From a virus (lineage: Duplodnaviria > Caudoviricetes), in the IMG/VR virus record IMGVR_UViG_3300032277_000050, positions 1 to 30,796 of that record: a DNA stretch of 30,796 nucleotides. One strand, written 5' to 3'. Shown in pieces: positions 9,014 through 16,523 of this stretch. The stretch's first letter is position 1. Every line of letters starts with the position of its first letter. A model generated the notes under the pieces. It searched no databases and was not told the DNA's origin. It saw only the letters and a program-made list of their open reading frames with translations. The position numbers and the translations under genes were made by a program.

Positions 9014-9468
9014 TGAGCTTACTTGGAAGTTTGTTGGGTTTTGGAACAAGTTTCTTGCCGGAGGTATTAAACTTTTTTAAGGCTGGGCAAGAGCACAAAC
9101 AAAAGCTTGAAACCATGAAGATGGAAGCTGAGTTGATGGAAAAGCGTTCGGCGCTAAAGTTGCAGGAGCTTGACAAACAGGCGGATATAGCTGAAACGAA
9201 AGGCATATACGAGCATGACAGATCCATTGATGCGGGAGGTTTTGTTAATGGTTTGCGCGGTTCTGTACGTCCTGTCATAACCTACGCCTTTTTTATGATG
9301 TTTGTAGCCACCGAAGCCGTGATCATCGTAAAAGTTCTGGAAAGCGGCGGTGACTGGAAAGATGCGGTAGAGCTTATGTGGTCTCCCGAAACGCAAGGGC
9401 TGTTTGCCGCCATTATGTCTTTCTGGTTCGGAAACCGTGCTGTAAGCAAATACATGAAAGGTAAATAA
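9010..9468 (+). CDS. Holin (3TM / GTA-holin-like)
   Basis: Start likely ATG 9010 (ATGA overlap); motifs LRGSVRPVITY and IMSFWFGNR; directly upstream of the endolysin. Confidence 0.7.
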   Translation: MMSLLGSLLGFGTSFLPEVLNFFKAGQEHKQKLETMKMEAELMEKRSALKLQELDKQADIAETKGIYEHDRSIDAGGFVNGLRGSVRPVITYAFFMMFVATEAVIIVKVLESGGDWKDAVELMWSPETQGLFAAIMSFWFGNRAVSKYMKGK

Positions 9469-9980
9469 TGGAAGCCAGTTTTTTTAAAAGCCTTGAAATG
9501 GTGCTTCATCACGAGGGCGGATTTGTTTCTCATCCGGAAGATCCGGGAGGCGCAACAAACAAAGGAATTACGCATAAAACATATGCTGATTTTTTGGGCC
9601 GTCCCTTGGAGGACGTAGACGAGCTAAAAAACATCTCAGAAGAGCATGTCCAAATAATTTACAAAAACGGATACTGGGATAAAGTTAAAGGTGATCAACT
9701 TCCTGCGGGGGTTGATTTCTGCATCTTCGATTGGGCCGTGAACAGCGGGCCGAGCAGGGCGGCCAAAGCATTGCAAAAGGCAGTAATGGTAGCGCAGGAC
9801 GGGGCCATCGGTCCGAAGACGTTAGCTGCGGTAAGTGAGATGACGCCGACAGAAATCATAGAGAGCGTTACAAAGCAGAGAATAGAGTTTTACAAAGGTC
9901 TAAGCACTTTTGATACTTTTGGTCGCGGATGGCTGCGTAGAACAAAAGAAACTCGTGACTTTTCATTAGATATGGTATAA
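9468..9980 (+). CDS. Endolysin, glycoside hydrolase family 108 with peptidoglycan-binding C-terminus
   Basis: HEGGFVSHPEDPGGATNKGIT, FDWAVNSG, DGAIGPKTL, FGRGWLRR. Confidence 0.93.
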   Translation: MEASFFKSLEMVLHHEGGFVSHPEDPGGATNKGITHKTYADFLGRPLEDVDELKNISEEHVQIIYKNGYWDKVKGDQLPAGVDFCIFDWAVNSGPSRAAKALQKAVMVAQDGAIGPKTLAAVSEMTPTEIIESVTKQRIEFYKGLSTFDTFGRGWLRRTKETRDFSLDMV

Positions 9981-10012
9981 AAAGATATCAGACTTAATGC
10001 GGAGATATACGA

Positions 10013-10210
10013 GTGGATGAAATTTACTTTGCTGAAGCCGTTTTCAGGATAATTAAAGAGCGGCGTCAAGCAGTTCAAGACTTGTTACTTTATGACAATG
10101 TCAAGAACATGGAGCAATATCGTGAGCTTATGGGGAATTTAAAATCCCTAGATCACGTGGAACAGGAACTCAAGGGCCTGCTAGAGAAACAGGAGCGTAG
10201 CAATGACTAA
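10013..10210 (+). CDS. Hypothetical helical protein upstream of GroES
   Basis: GTG start with GGAG RBS; 65 aa; overlaps the next start. Confidence 0.75.
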   Translation: MDEIYFAEAVFRIIKERRQAVQDLLLYDNVKNMEQYRELMGNLKSLDHVEQELKGLLEKQERSND

Positions 10211-10655
10211 AGCGCAAGAAATCAACCTTGAAGATGTAGCGGAGGGTGTCGCAAACCTCGCCTCGGCTTACGAGGATGTCACCGACAAGGTTTTGAACCC
10301 CGAGTCCATTGGTGGTTCACTCTTAGAACGGATGCCAGAACCAACAGGCTGGCGTCTGCTTATTTTGCCATATCGAGGAAAGGGTAAGACCGACGGCGGT
10401 ATTTATCTCCCCGACGCAGTTGTGCAAGAGCAGACAGTATCCACACAGGTTGGCTACGTCCTAAAGGTAGGATCGTTAGCTTACAAGGACGCCGAAAAGT
10501 TTCCGGTGGGTCCGTGGTGTGAACAAGGTGACTGGGTAATGTTTGCCCGGTATGCCGGGTCTCGTTTCAAAATAGACGGCGGAGAAGTTCGGATTTTGAA
10601 CGATGACGAGGTTTTAGCCAAAATTCAGGAACCTGAAGATATTTTGCATTTCTAG
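10203..10655 (+). CDS. groES: Co-chaperonin GroES (Cpn10)-like protein
   Basis: PTGWRLLI, KTDGGIYLPD mobile loop, VLKVG, GDWVMFARYAG, ILNDDEVLA. Confidence 0.92.
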   Translation: MTKAQEINLEDVAEGVANLASAYEDVTDKVLNPESIGGSLLERMPEPTGWRLLILPYRGKGKTDGGIYLPDAVVQEQTVSTQVGYVLKVGSLAYKDAEKFPVGPWCEQGDWVMFARYAGSRFKIDGGEVRILNDDEVLAKIQEPEDILHF

Positions 10656-10664
10656 GAGTTGAAA

Positions 10665-11531
10665 ATGGAAAAAGAAGACGAACAGATTGAATTGGAATTG
10701 GGTGATTCTGCCGAAGTAGAGGTTTCGGGTGGGGAAGAAAAAGAAGGCGACATACCGCTTGCTGCCGAAGGTGACGACAATTTTGATCGAGCCGACAACG
10801 CTACGCAAAAACGGATTGACCGTTTAACTAAAAAGATGCGTGAAGCAGAGCGTCAGCGTGAAGAAGCGTTGAAATTTGCTCAAGGTGTGCAGGCCGAGTC
10901 AAACAGCCTAAAAAGCCGCATGGATGCTTTGGACACTAACTATGTCAACGAATACACAAATCGTGTGGAGACTCAAACTACCGCAGCAGAGCAAGATTTA
11001 GCCCGAGCCATAGAGATTGGTGATACAAACGGTGTTATTGAAGCGCAGCGTAAGATTACACGTTTAGCTATTGAAAATGACCGGGCACAAACTGCAAAAG
11101 TACAGCAGCAGCGGTATGCCCAGCAGGCTCAAGCTCAGCAGCAGGCTCGCTTACAGCAGCCTATGCCTCAACAACAGCCCCGCCGCCCAGACCCAAAAGC
11201 AGAGCAGTGGGCTCGCCGAAACGACTGGTTTGGCGAGGATGAGGCAATGACGTATGCTGCTTTTGGCGTACATAAAAAGTTAGTTGAAGACGAAGGGTTT
11301 GACCCGCAGTCCGATGACTACTATAATGAACTGGATCAGCGTATGCGGGCAGAGTTTCCGCATAAGCTAAACGGTGGTAGCAAACGGCCCGCTCAGACGG
11401 TTGCTTCCGTATCCCGCAATACATCTGGGCGCAGTAGTGGGAAAAAGGTTAGACTCACCCCTAGCCAAGTCGCAATAGCGAAGAAATTGGGTGTGCCGCT
11501 TGAAGAATACGCGAAATACGTGAAGGAGTAG
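10665..11531 (+). CDS. Putative capsid scaffolding protein
   Basis: ATG 10665 after AGGAG; acidic N-terminus, long coiled coil, C-terminal LTPSQVAIAKKLGVPLEEYAKY; upstream of head genes. Confidence 0.7.
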   Translation: MEKEDEQIELELGDSAEVEVSGGEEKEGDIPLAAEGDDNFDRADNATQKRIDRLTKKMREAERQREEALKFAQGVQAESNSLKSRMDALDTNYVNEYTNRVETQTTAAEQDLARAIEIGDTNGVIEAQRKITRLAIENDRAQTAKVQQQRYAQQAQAQQQARLQQPMPQQQPRRPDPKAEQWARRNDWFGEDEAMTYAAFGVHKKLVEDEGFDPQSDDYYNELDQRMRAEFPHKLNGGSKRPAQTVASVSRNTSGRSSGKKVRLTPSQVAIAKKLGVPLEEYAKYVKE

Positions 11532-11536
11532 TTAGC

Positions 11537-12025
11537 ATGTCTGAAGAACAAAACGAAATGTTTGAAGGTTCTGTAAAACGATCTTCTCGCGCAACACAAA
11601 CTAGGGAGAAGACGGCAAGGCGTAAGCCGTGGGCTCCCCCGTCTATGTTAGATGCACCGCCTGCACCGGATGGGTTCAAGCATCGTTGGATCCGGGCTGA
11701 AACCCGTGGTTTTGACGATACGAAGAACGTCAGCGCTAAAATGCGCGAAGGTTGGGAACTGGTTCGTAAGGACGAGTACCCAGACTTTGAGGCCCCGGTA
11801 GTCGAATCAGGAAAATACGAAGGTGTGTTTGGAGTAGGTGGACTTGTTCTTGCTCGTATCCCGGTTGAAACCATTGCCGAGCGGACAGCGTACTTTGCAC
11901 AACGCAGCGCTGACCAGATGGAAGCGGTTGACCATGATATGATGCGTGAGAACGCACATTCAACCATGACGATTAACAAACCTGATCGTCAATCTCGTGT
12001 AACCTTTGGCGGCCCACAGAAATAG
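11537..12025 (+). CDS. Conserved head-module hypothetical protein
   Basis: RBS AAGGAG; 162 aa; motifs PDGFKHRWIR and REGWELV; between scaffold and capsid genes. Confidence 0.8.
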   Translation: MSEEQNEMFEGSVKRSSRATQTREKTARRKPWAPPSMLDAPPAPDGFKHRWIRAETRGFDDTKNVSAKMREGWELVRKDEYPDFEAPVVESGKYEGVFGVGGLVLARIPVETIAERTAYFAQRSADQMEAVDHDMMRENAHSTMTINKPDRQSRVTFGGPQK

Positions 12026-12058
12026 TTTTAGGGTCGCCCTGATTAGGAGAAAACTCAA

Positions 12059-12709
12059 ATGGCAAATCAAAATACTGCCTACGGTCTTCGTCCAATCGGG
12101 CTAGTTGGAAGTGGTGCTAATTCTACCGGTGTAACCGAGTACGAAATTGCTTCCAACAACACCAATGCCATTTTTCAATACGCTATTGTCACCCCTACGG
12201 CGGCTGGCGTTATTGATTATGCTGGCGCGACAAGCGGCGGCACATCACCGGCACTGGGAGTCCTGATGGGCGTTCAATACCACGACACAGTCCAGAAGAA
12301 GCCTGTATGGCTCAACTACTGGCCGGGTTCTGGTTCTGTCAGCGTAGACACAAACTACCCTGTTAAGGCGTTTGTAGCTGACAATCCAAACCAACTGTTC
12401 AAAGTCGCGTCTGACGCAACACTTACAGACCGTGCAACTGCACTGGCTGGCGTGTTTGCAAACGCTTCTCTGGGCACTTCAGCACGTACCGGCAGCACCA
12501 ACACAGGTTCTGCAAACGGTGCACTTAGCGTGTCTTCAATTGCGGTAACGGCTACTCTGCCACTGCGTATCGTTGGCATCATGGATGATGCAGCAAACAA
12601 CGACTTCACAGCAGCAGGTATTCCGTTGATCGTTCGTTTGAACGCACATTTCAACGCCAACACAAGCCGTTTTGACTCGCAGACTACTGCGACCTCAACA
12701 GGCGTTTAG
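12059..12709 (+). CDS. Putative capsid decoration / minor capsid protein
   Basis: RBS AGGAG; beta-rich Ala/Thr/Gly composition; immediately before the major capsid gene. Confidence 0.65.
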   Translation: MANQNTAYGLRPIGLVGSGANSTGVTEYEIASNNTNAIFQYAIVTPTAAGVIDYAGATSGGTSPALGVLMGVQYHDTVQKKPVWLNYWPGSGSVSVDTNYPVKAFVADNPNQLFKVASDATLTDRATALAGVFANASLGTSARTGSTNTGSANGALSVSSIAVTATLPLRIVGIMDDAANNDFTAAGIPLIVRLNAHFNANTSRFDSQTTATSTGV

Positions 12710-12724
12710 GAAAGGGGATAGAAA

Positions 12725-13639
12725 ATGGCTATTTCTCGCGCACAACTAGCGAAAGAGCTTGAGCCCGGCCTGAATGCCTTGTTCGGACTTGAGTACGACC
12801 GCTACGAAAATGAACACGCTGAAATCTTCGACGAAGAGTCATCAGATCGTGCATTTGAAGAAGAGGTGATGCTCGGTGGGTTCTCAACAGCACCAACCAA
12901 AGGTGAAGGCGCAGCCATCACTTTTGACGATGCTCAAGAGACCTACACAGCACGGTACACACATGAGACAATCGCTCTGGCATTCTCAATCACTGAGGAA
13001 GCTATCGAGGACAACTTGTACGACCGTCTGGCATCACGCTACACCAAAGCTCTGGCCCGTTCAATGGCTCAGACAAAGCAGATCAAAGCTGCCGCTATTC
13101 TGAACAATGCGTTCAGCGCAACCGGCGGTAATGCGATTGGCGATGGTGCAGCACTTTGTTCAAACGCTCACCCATCATTGTCAGGTAACCAGACCAATAT
13201 TCTGGCTACTGCGGCTGACCTCAACGAGACTTCTCTTGAGCAGATGCTGATTGACATTGCGGGGCTGACTGACGAGCGTGGTCTGAAGATTGCTGTTCGT
13301 GGTACAAAGCTGATTATCCCGAAAGAACTGCAATTCATTGCAGAGCGGGTCATCAACTCAAACCTACGTTCAGGTACAGCGGACAACGACACCAACGCAA
13401 TGAAGAACATGGGTATGTTGCCAGAAGGGGCGGTGGTTAACCACTTCCTGACTGACACAGACGCATTCTTCATCAAGACAGATGCTCCAAACGGTTTCAA
13501 ATACTTTAACCGTTCGCCAATCAAGACAGCTATGGAAGGTGATTTTGACACCGGAAATATGCGGTTTAAGGCACGTGAGCGTTACAGCTTCGGTGTTTCT
13601 GACTGGCGTTCTGTGTTCGGTACTCCGGGCGCAGCGTAA
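12725..13639 (+). CDS. Major capsid protein (HK97 fold, Mu gpT-like family)
   Basis: MAISRAQLAKELEPGLNALFG start; FSITEEAIEDNLY; FKARERYSFGVSDWR end; followed by a terminator. Confidence 0.92.
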   Translation: MAISRAQLAKELEPGLNALFGLEYDRYENEHAEIFDEESSDRAFEEEVMLGGFSTAPTKGEGAAITFDDAQETYTARYTHETIALAFSITEEAIEDNLYDRLASRYTKALARSMAQTKQIKAAAILNNAFSATGGNAIGDGAALCSNAHPSLSGNQTNILATAADLNETSLEQMLIDIAGLTDERGLKIAVRGTKLIIPKELQFIAERVINSNLRSGTADNDTNAMKNMGMLPEGAVVNHFLTDTDAFFIKTDAPNGFKYFNRSPIKTAMEGDFDTGNMRFKARERYSFGVSDWRSVFGTPGAA

Positions 13640-13659
13640 GCTAGTTAAAATCAATGCGG

Positions 13660-13690
13660 AAGGGCGGCTTCACAGCCGCCCTTTTTTGTT
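13660..13690 (+). terminator. Rho-independent terminator after the capsid gene
   Basis: AAGGGCGGCT-TCAC-AGCCGCCCTT followed by a T tract. Confidence 0.9.
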
Positions 13691-13697
13691 GTATAGT
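13669..13697 (+). promoter_or_regulatory. Sigma70-like promoter overlapping the terminator
   Basis: TTCACA (13669-13674), 17-bp spacer, TATAGT (13692-13697); each box 5/6 to consensus. Confidence 0.6.
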
Positions 13698-13704
13698 TTA
13701 CGTA

Positions 13705-13755
13705 TCCCTGACAGCCGCATGGTGCGGCTGACACTAGCCACGACAGGAGAGACAC
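13705..13755 (+). ncRNA. Structured RNA element downstream of the capsid gene (candidate Mu-gpT-DE-like motif)
   Basis: Inner hairpin CAGCCGCA-TGG-TGCGGCTG enclosed by CCTG/CAGG, overlapping the AGGAG RBS; location fits a motif described downstream of Mu gpT-like genes. Family match not computed. Confidence 0.5.
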
Positions 13756-14217
13756 ATGGCTACAACTACTTTCTCTGGACCTATTAAGGCCGGAACTATC
13801 AAAAACACCACGGGCACATCCCTTGGGACTAACATTGCAAATGTTGGCCAAGTTGTTATGGCTCAGACTTTTTCAGCAGACCTTTCTGGCGGTGCACTTG
13901 CAGCGTCTGTAACAGACGTTGTTATCCCTGCAAATTCCCAGATTATTGACTGTGTAATTGACGTTATTACTGCGGCTAACGCTACCACTAACCTTAGTGT
14001 TGGGGATACAGTAGGCGGTGCCTCTACAATTCTGAACACTTTTGCAAGTGGAACAACCGCAGGCCGTAAGTATCCAACAACCGAAGCCGGTGGTGCATTG
14101 GCGTGGCAGGACACTGGAACAGCCGACATTCGTTTGACTGTAACTGCTTCTGCTGCAACAACCGCAGGTTTGGTTCGTTTTACAATTCTGTATCAGCAAA
14201 ACAACAACCTAGCTTAA
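13756..14217 (+). CDS. Putative virion structural protein
   Basis: RBS AGGAG; 153 aa, Thr/Ala/Gly beta-rich, begins MATTTFSGPIKAG. Confidence 0.8.
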   Translation: MATTTFSGPIKAGTIKNTTGTSLGTNIANVGQVVMAQTFSADLSGGALAASVTDVVIPANSQIIDCVIDVITAANATTNLSVGDTVGGASTILNTFASGTTAGRKYPTTEAGGALAWQDTGTADIRLTVTASAATTAGLVRFTILYQQNNNLA

Positions 14218-14229
14218 TAGGGGGCTGTA

Positions 14230-14502
14230 ATGGCAGGTTCTGACGTAAAAGCGAAGCGTGTGACGGCAACCGGGTCAGCCGGTGTCGGTCCCGCTCGTAT
14301 CCGTCAGATACAAGTTTTGACCACAACAGGCACTCCGCGCTTAACCATTACTGACGGTAATGGCGGCGCGACAGTTCTGGACTTGGACTTTCTTGCATCT
14401 GACTCGCACTCAGTAAACATTCCCGCAGAAGGCATTCGGGTATCAGATATTTATGTATCTGCTTTTACCGCTTGTACCGCTGTGACCGTGTTTTATAATT
14501 AA
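14230..14502 (+). CDS. Small beta-rich virion protein, paralog A
   Basis: 90 aa; MAGSDVKA...TATG...GPAR; similar to the next gene. Confidence 0.8.
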   Translation: MAGSDVKAKRVTATGSAGVGPARIRQIQVLTTTGTPRLTITDGNGGATVLDLDFLASDSHSVNIPAEGIRVSDIYVSAFTACTAVTVFYN

Positions 14503-14513
14503 GGAACACTTCT

Positions 14514-14789
14514 ATGGCTGGTTCTGATATCAAAGCAAGCTACATAACTGCTACAGGCACTGTTGCAAGTGGCCCACGGCGGTTAGTTTGTATTCATTAC
14601 CATACTGGGGGGTCTACAGGTAGCGTTGTTCTGAGAGACGGTGGTGCTTCCGGCACTGCCGTCTTTACATTAGATTTTCACTCAAACGCTACAGGCGATC
14701 TCCAAATTGGAGAGGAAGGCGTAAAGTTCAATACTGACATTCATGCCACTTTTACAAATGTTACAAGCATGACGTTTTTCTTTAAGTGA
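14514..14789 (+). CDS. Small beta-rich virion protein, paralog B
   Basis: 91 aa; MAGSDIKA...TATG...GPRR; RBS AAGGA. Confidence 0.8.
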   Translation: MAGSDIKASYITATGTVASGPRRLVCIHYHTGGSTGSVVLRDGGASGTAVFTLDFHSNATGDLQIGEEGVKFNTDIHATFTNVTSMTFFFK

Positions 14790-14795
14790 GGAACT

Positions 14796-15080
14796 ATGGC
14801 TACCACTAAAAATGTGACTCGAACACCTTCCGGAAGAATTAAATATAGGGGTGAAACTTTTGCTGGATACAACAAACCAAAACGCACTCCCGGAAAGTCA
14901 AAAAAGTCTGCTGTTCTGGCTAAAAAAGGAGATCAAATTAAGCTGGTTCGGTTTGGAGATCCCAACATGTCTATTAAAAAAGATCAACCAGCACGTAGAT
15001 CAAATTTTAGATCAAGACATTCCTGTGACACCGCAAAAGATAAGTTCTCTGCCAGATACTGGTCCTGTAAGGCGTGGTAA
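14796..15080 (+). CDS. Basic hypothetical protein
   Basis: RBS GAGGA; 94 aa, K/R-rich; VRFGDP...RRSNFRSRHSC...ARYWSCKAW. Confidence 0.8.
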   Translation: MATTKNVTRTPSGRIKYRGETFAGYNKPKRTPGKSKKSAVLAKKGDQIKLVRFGDPNMSIKKDQPARRSNFRSRHSCDTAKDKFSARYWSCKAW

Positions 15081-15081
15081 T

Positions 15082-15240
15082 ATGAAAACAGTAGACGTAT
15101 TAAAGCTTTTAGAGAAGCATGAAGAAGAATGTAATCGCAGGTATGCCGACATCCAACGTCAGTTGGATAAACTAGACATTCGTTTGTGGGGCATAGCTGT
15201 TTTAATTGTAGCCGCAGCAATTGCTCAACGGATGTTTTAA
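15082..15240 (+). CDS. Small coiled-coil protein with C-terminal TM helix
   Basis: ATG 15082 just after the previous stop (track start 14851 overlaps a real gene); HEEECNRRY then LWGIAVLIVAAAIA. Confidence 0.75.
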   Translation: MKTVDVLKLLEKHEEECNRRYADIQRQLDKLDIRLWGIAVLIVAAAIAQRMF

Positions 15241-15434
15241 TGGCTTACTCTCGCAAATCAAAAAGCGCTTCTTCTAAAAGCAAAGGAAGCAAGATTTGCC
15301 CTGAAGGTAAGGCGTGGGCAAAGCGCACGTTTGACACATATCCGAGTGCATACGCAAATCTTGCCGCCTCAAAATATTGTAAAGACCCTAACTACGCCAA
15401 AAAGTCTAAAGGTGGCAAACGAAAGGGTAAATAA
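15240..15434 (+). CDS. Small Lys-rich hypothetical protein
   Basis: TAATG-coupled start at 15240; 64 aa; YPSAYAN motif, two Cys. Confidence 0.8.
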   Translation: MAYSRKSKSASSKSKGSKICPEGKAWAKRTFDTYPSAYANLAASKYCKDPNYAKKSKGGKRKGK

Positions 15435-15820
15435 TGGGTAAATTACAGGAGTGGTTAGATGAGGATTGGGTCAGAATTGATAGCTCGGGTAATATTTCGG
15501 GTTCATGCGGTACGTCAAAAGATAAGCGTAACCCTGACCGTTGCCTTCCTAGACGTAAAGCTCAAAGTTTATCAAAAGCTGAACGAGCTTCAACAGCGCG
15601 TAAAAAGAAGCGTGAAGGAGCTAAAGGAAAGCAGGTTGTGGCAAACACTAAGGCTGCCAAAGTAAAGAAAATGGCTAATGGGGGCGTTGCGGGTTATGAA
15701 ACTAAAGCAAAACGCAGGTTTCGTGGCAGCAGTATCCCCGGTACGGCTGTCGCGAGAGGTTGTGGCGCGGTTATAAACGGCAGAAGAAAGCGCACTAAAG
15801 GGTCAGTGTCACAAGCATGA
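15434..15820 (+). CDS. Basic hypothetical protein, DUF5872-like
   Basis: LQEWLDEDW...CLPRRKA...KKKR...GKQVVANT pattern recalled from that family; TAATG overlap. Confidence 0.75.
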   Translation: MGKLQEWLDEDWVRIDSSGNISGSCGTSKDKRNPDRCLPRRKAQSLSKAERASTARKKKREGAKGKQVVANTKAAKVKKMANGGVAGYETKAKRRFRGSSIPGTAVARGCGAVINGRRKRTKGSVSQA

Positions 15821-16404
15821 ATATGATTGTTTTTAACACCGGAAAAGAGCAACAAATCTGTGCAGAAATAATTGCGTGGACGGAGCACACACTTAGTAAG
15901 CCTAATTCTTTTTACAACAACCTTCCGCCGTGCCCTTATGCACAAAAAGCTTGGACCGATGAAAAGGTAGCTTTACTTTTTAAGTATGACGATAATATGC
16001 AGGTTTTGTATAGCACTTTATCTCAGTGGGAAGACAGTTTAGATTTAGTTATTATAGTAGACCTAAATTTTACAGAGGATCCTGACGTTTTTCACGATTA
16101 CTTACGGGAGTTAAACGAGGCAATATCTATGGGGGTCTTTATAGACCGGGATATGTGGGTCATGGGCTTTCATCCGCATGATGAAGCCAATGATTTCATA
16201 GACGACCAAAGCTTTATGCAGGTGGTTGATGATGAGTATGCAATGATTTTTGTGCAGCGTTTATCCAAGGTGCAGGAATCAGCAGACAAACTTGCGGAAA
16301 AAGGCTATTATGATAAGTATCTAGAAGAATACAATGCGGAAGAAATTTTTCAGGAAAGATCAGATCTTTACAGGAGATTAAAAAATGGCGATGAAACCAC
16401 GTAA
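15817..16404 (+). CDS. Hypothetical protein, DUF1415-like
   Basis: 195 aa; W...PCPYA and MGFHP motifs; ATGA overlap. Confidence 0.7.
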   Translation: MNMIVFNTGKEQQICAEIIAWTEHTLSKPNSFYNNLPPCPYAQKAWTDEKVALLFKYDDNMQVLYSTLSQWEDSLDLVIIVDLNFTEDPDVFHDYLRELNEAISMGVFIDRDMWVMGFHPHDEANDFIDDQSFMQVVDDEYAMIFVQRLSKVQESADKLAEKGYYDKYLEEYNAEEIFQERSDLYRRLKNGDETT

Positions 16405-16522
16405 GATGATGAAAAAGGGCGGCGCAGTCAAGAAGATGCGCGGCGGTGGCATGGTAAAGAAGATGCGCGGCGGTGGCATGGTAAAGAAGATGCGCGGCGG
16501 CGGTATGGTAAAGAAGAAGTAA
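16385..16522 (+). CDS. 45-aa Lys/Met/Gly micro-protein of KKMRGGGMV repeats (not in ORF track)
   Basis: AGGAG 8 nt upstream of ATG 16385; MAMKPRKMMKKGGAVKKMRGGGMVKKMRGGGMVKKMRGGGMVKKK; stop 1 nt before the next start. Confidence 0.85.
   Translation: MAMKPRKMMKKGGAVKKMRGGGMVKKMRGGGMVKKMRGGGMVKKK
16430..16516 (+). repeat. 27-bp coding tandem repeat x3.2
   Basis: AAGAAGATGCGCGGCGGTGGCATGGTA at 16430, 16457 and 16484; the third copy differs only synonymously. Confidence 0.95.
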
Positions 16523-16523
16523 G

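Noticed and set aside
9953-9981. Promoter for the head operon (TGGTATAAA)
   Set aside because: Extended -10 is plausible, but there is no convincing -35; too weak to call.
12028-12042. Small hairpin AGGG-TCG-CCCT before the 12059 RBS
   Set aside because: Stem too short and no T tract after it; not supportable as a terminator.
14851-15081. Upstream extensions of ORFs in the track (also starts at 3095, 8971, 15186)
   Set aside because: They overlap real upstream genes; coupled downstream starts fit better.
16430-16516. CRISPR array
   Set aside because: Repeats are contiguous with no spacers; no cas genes.
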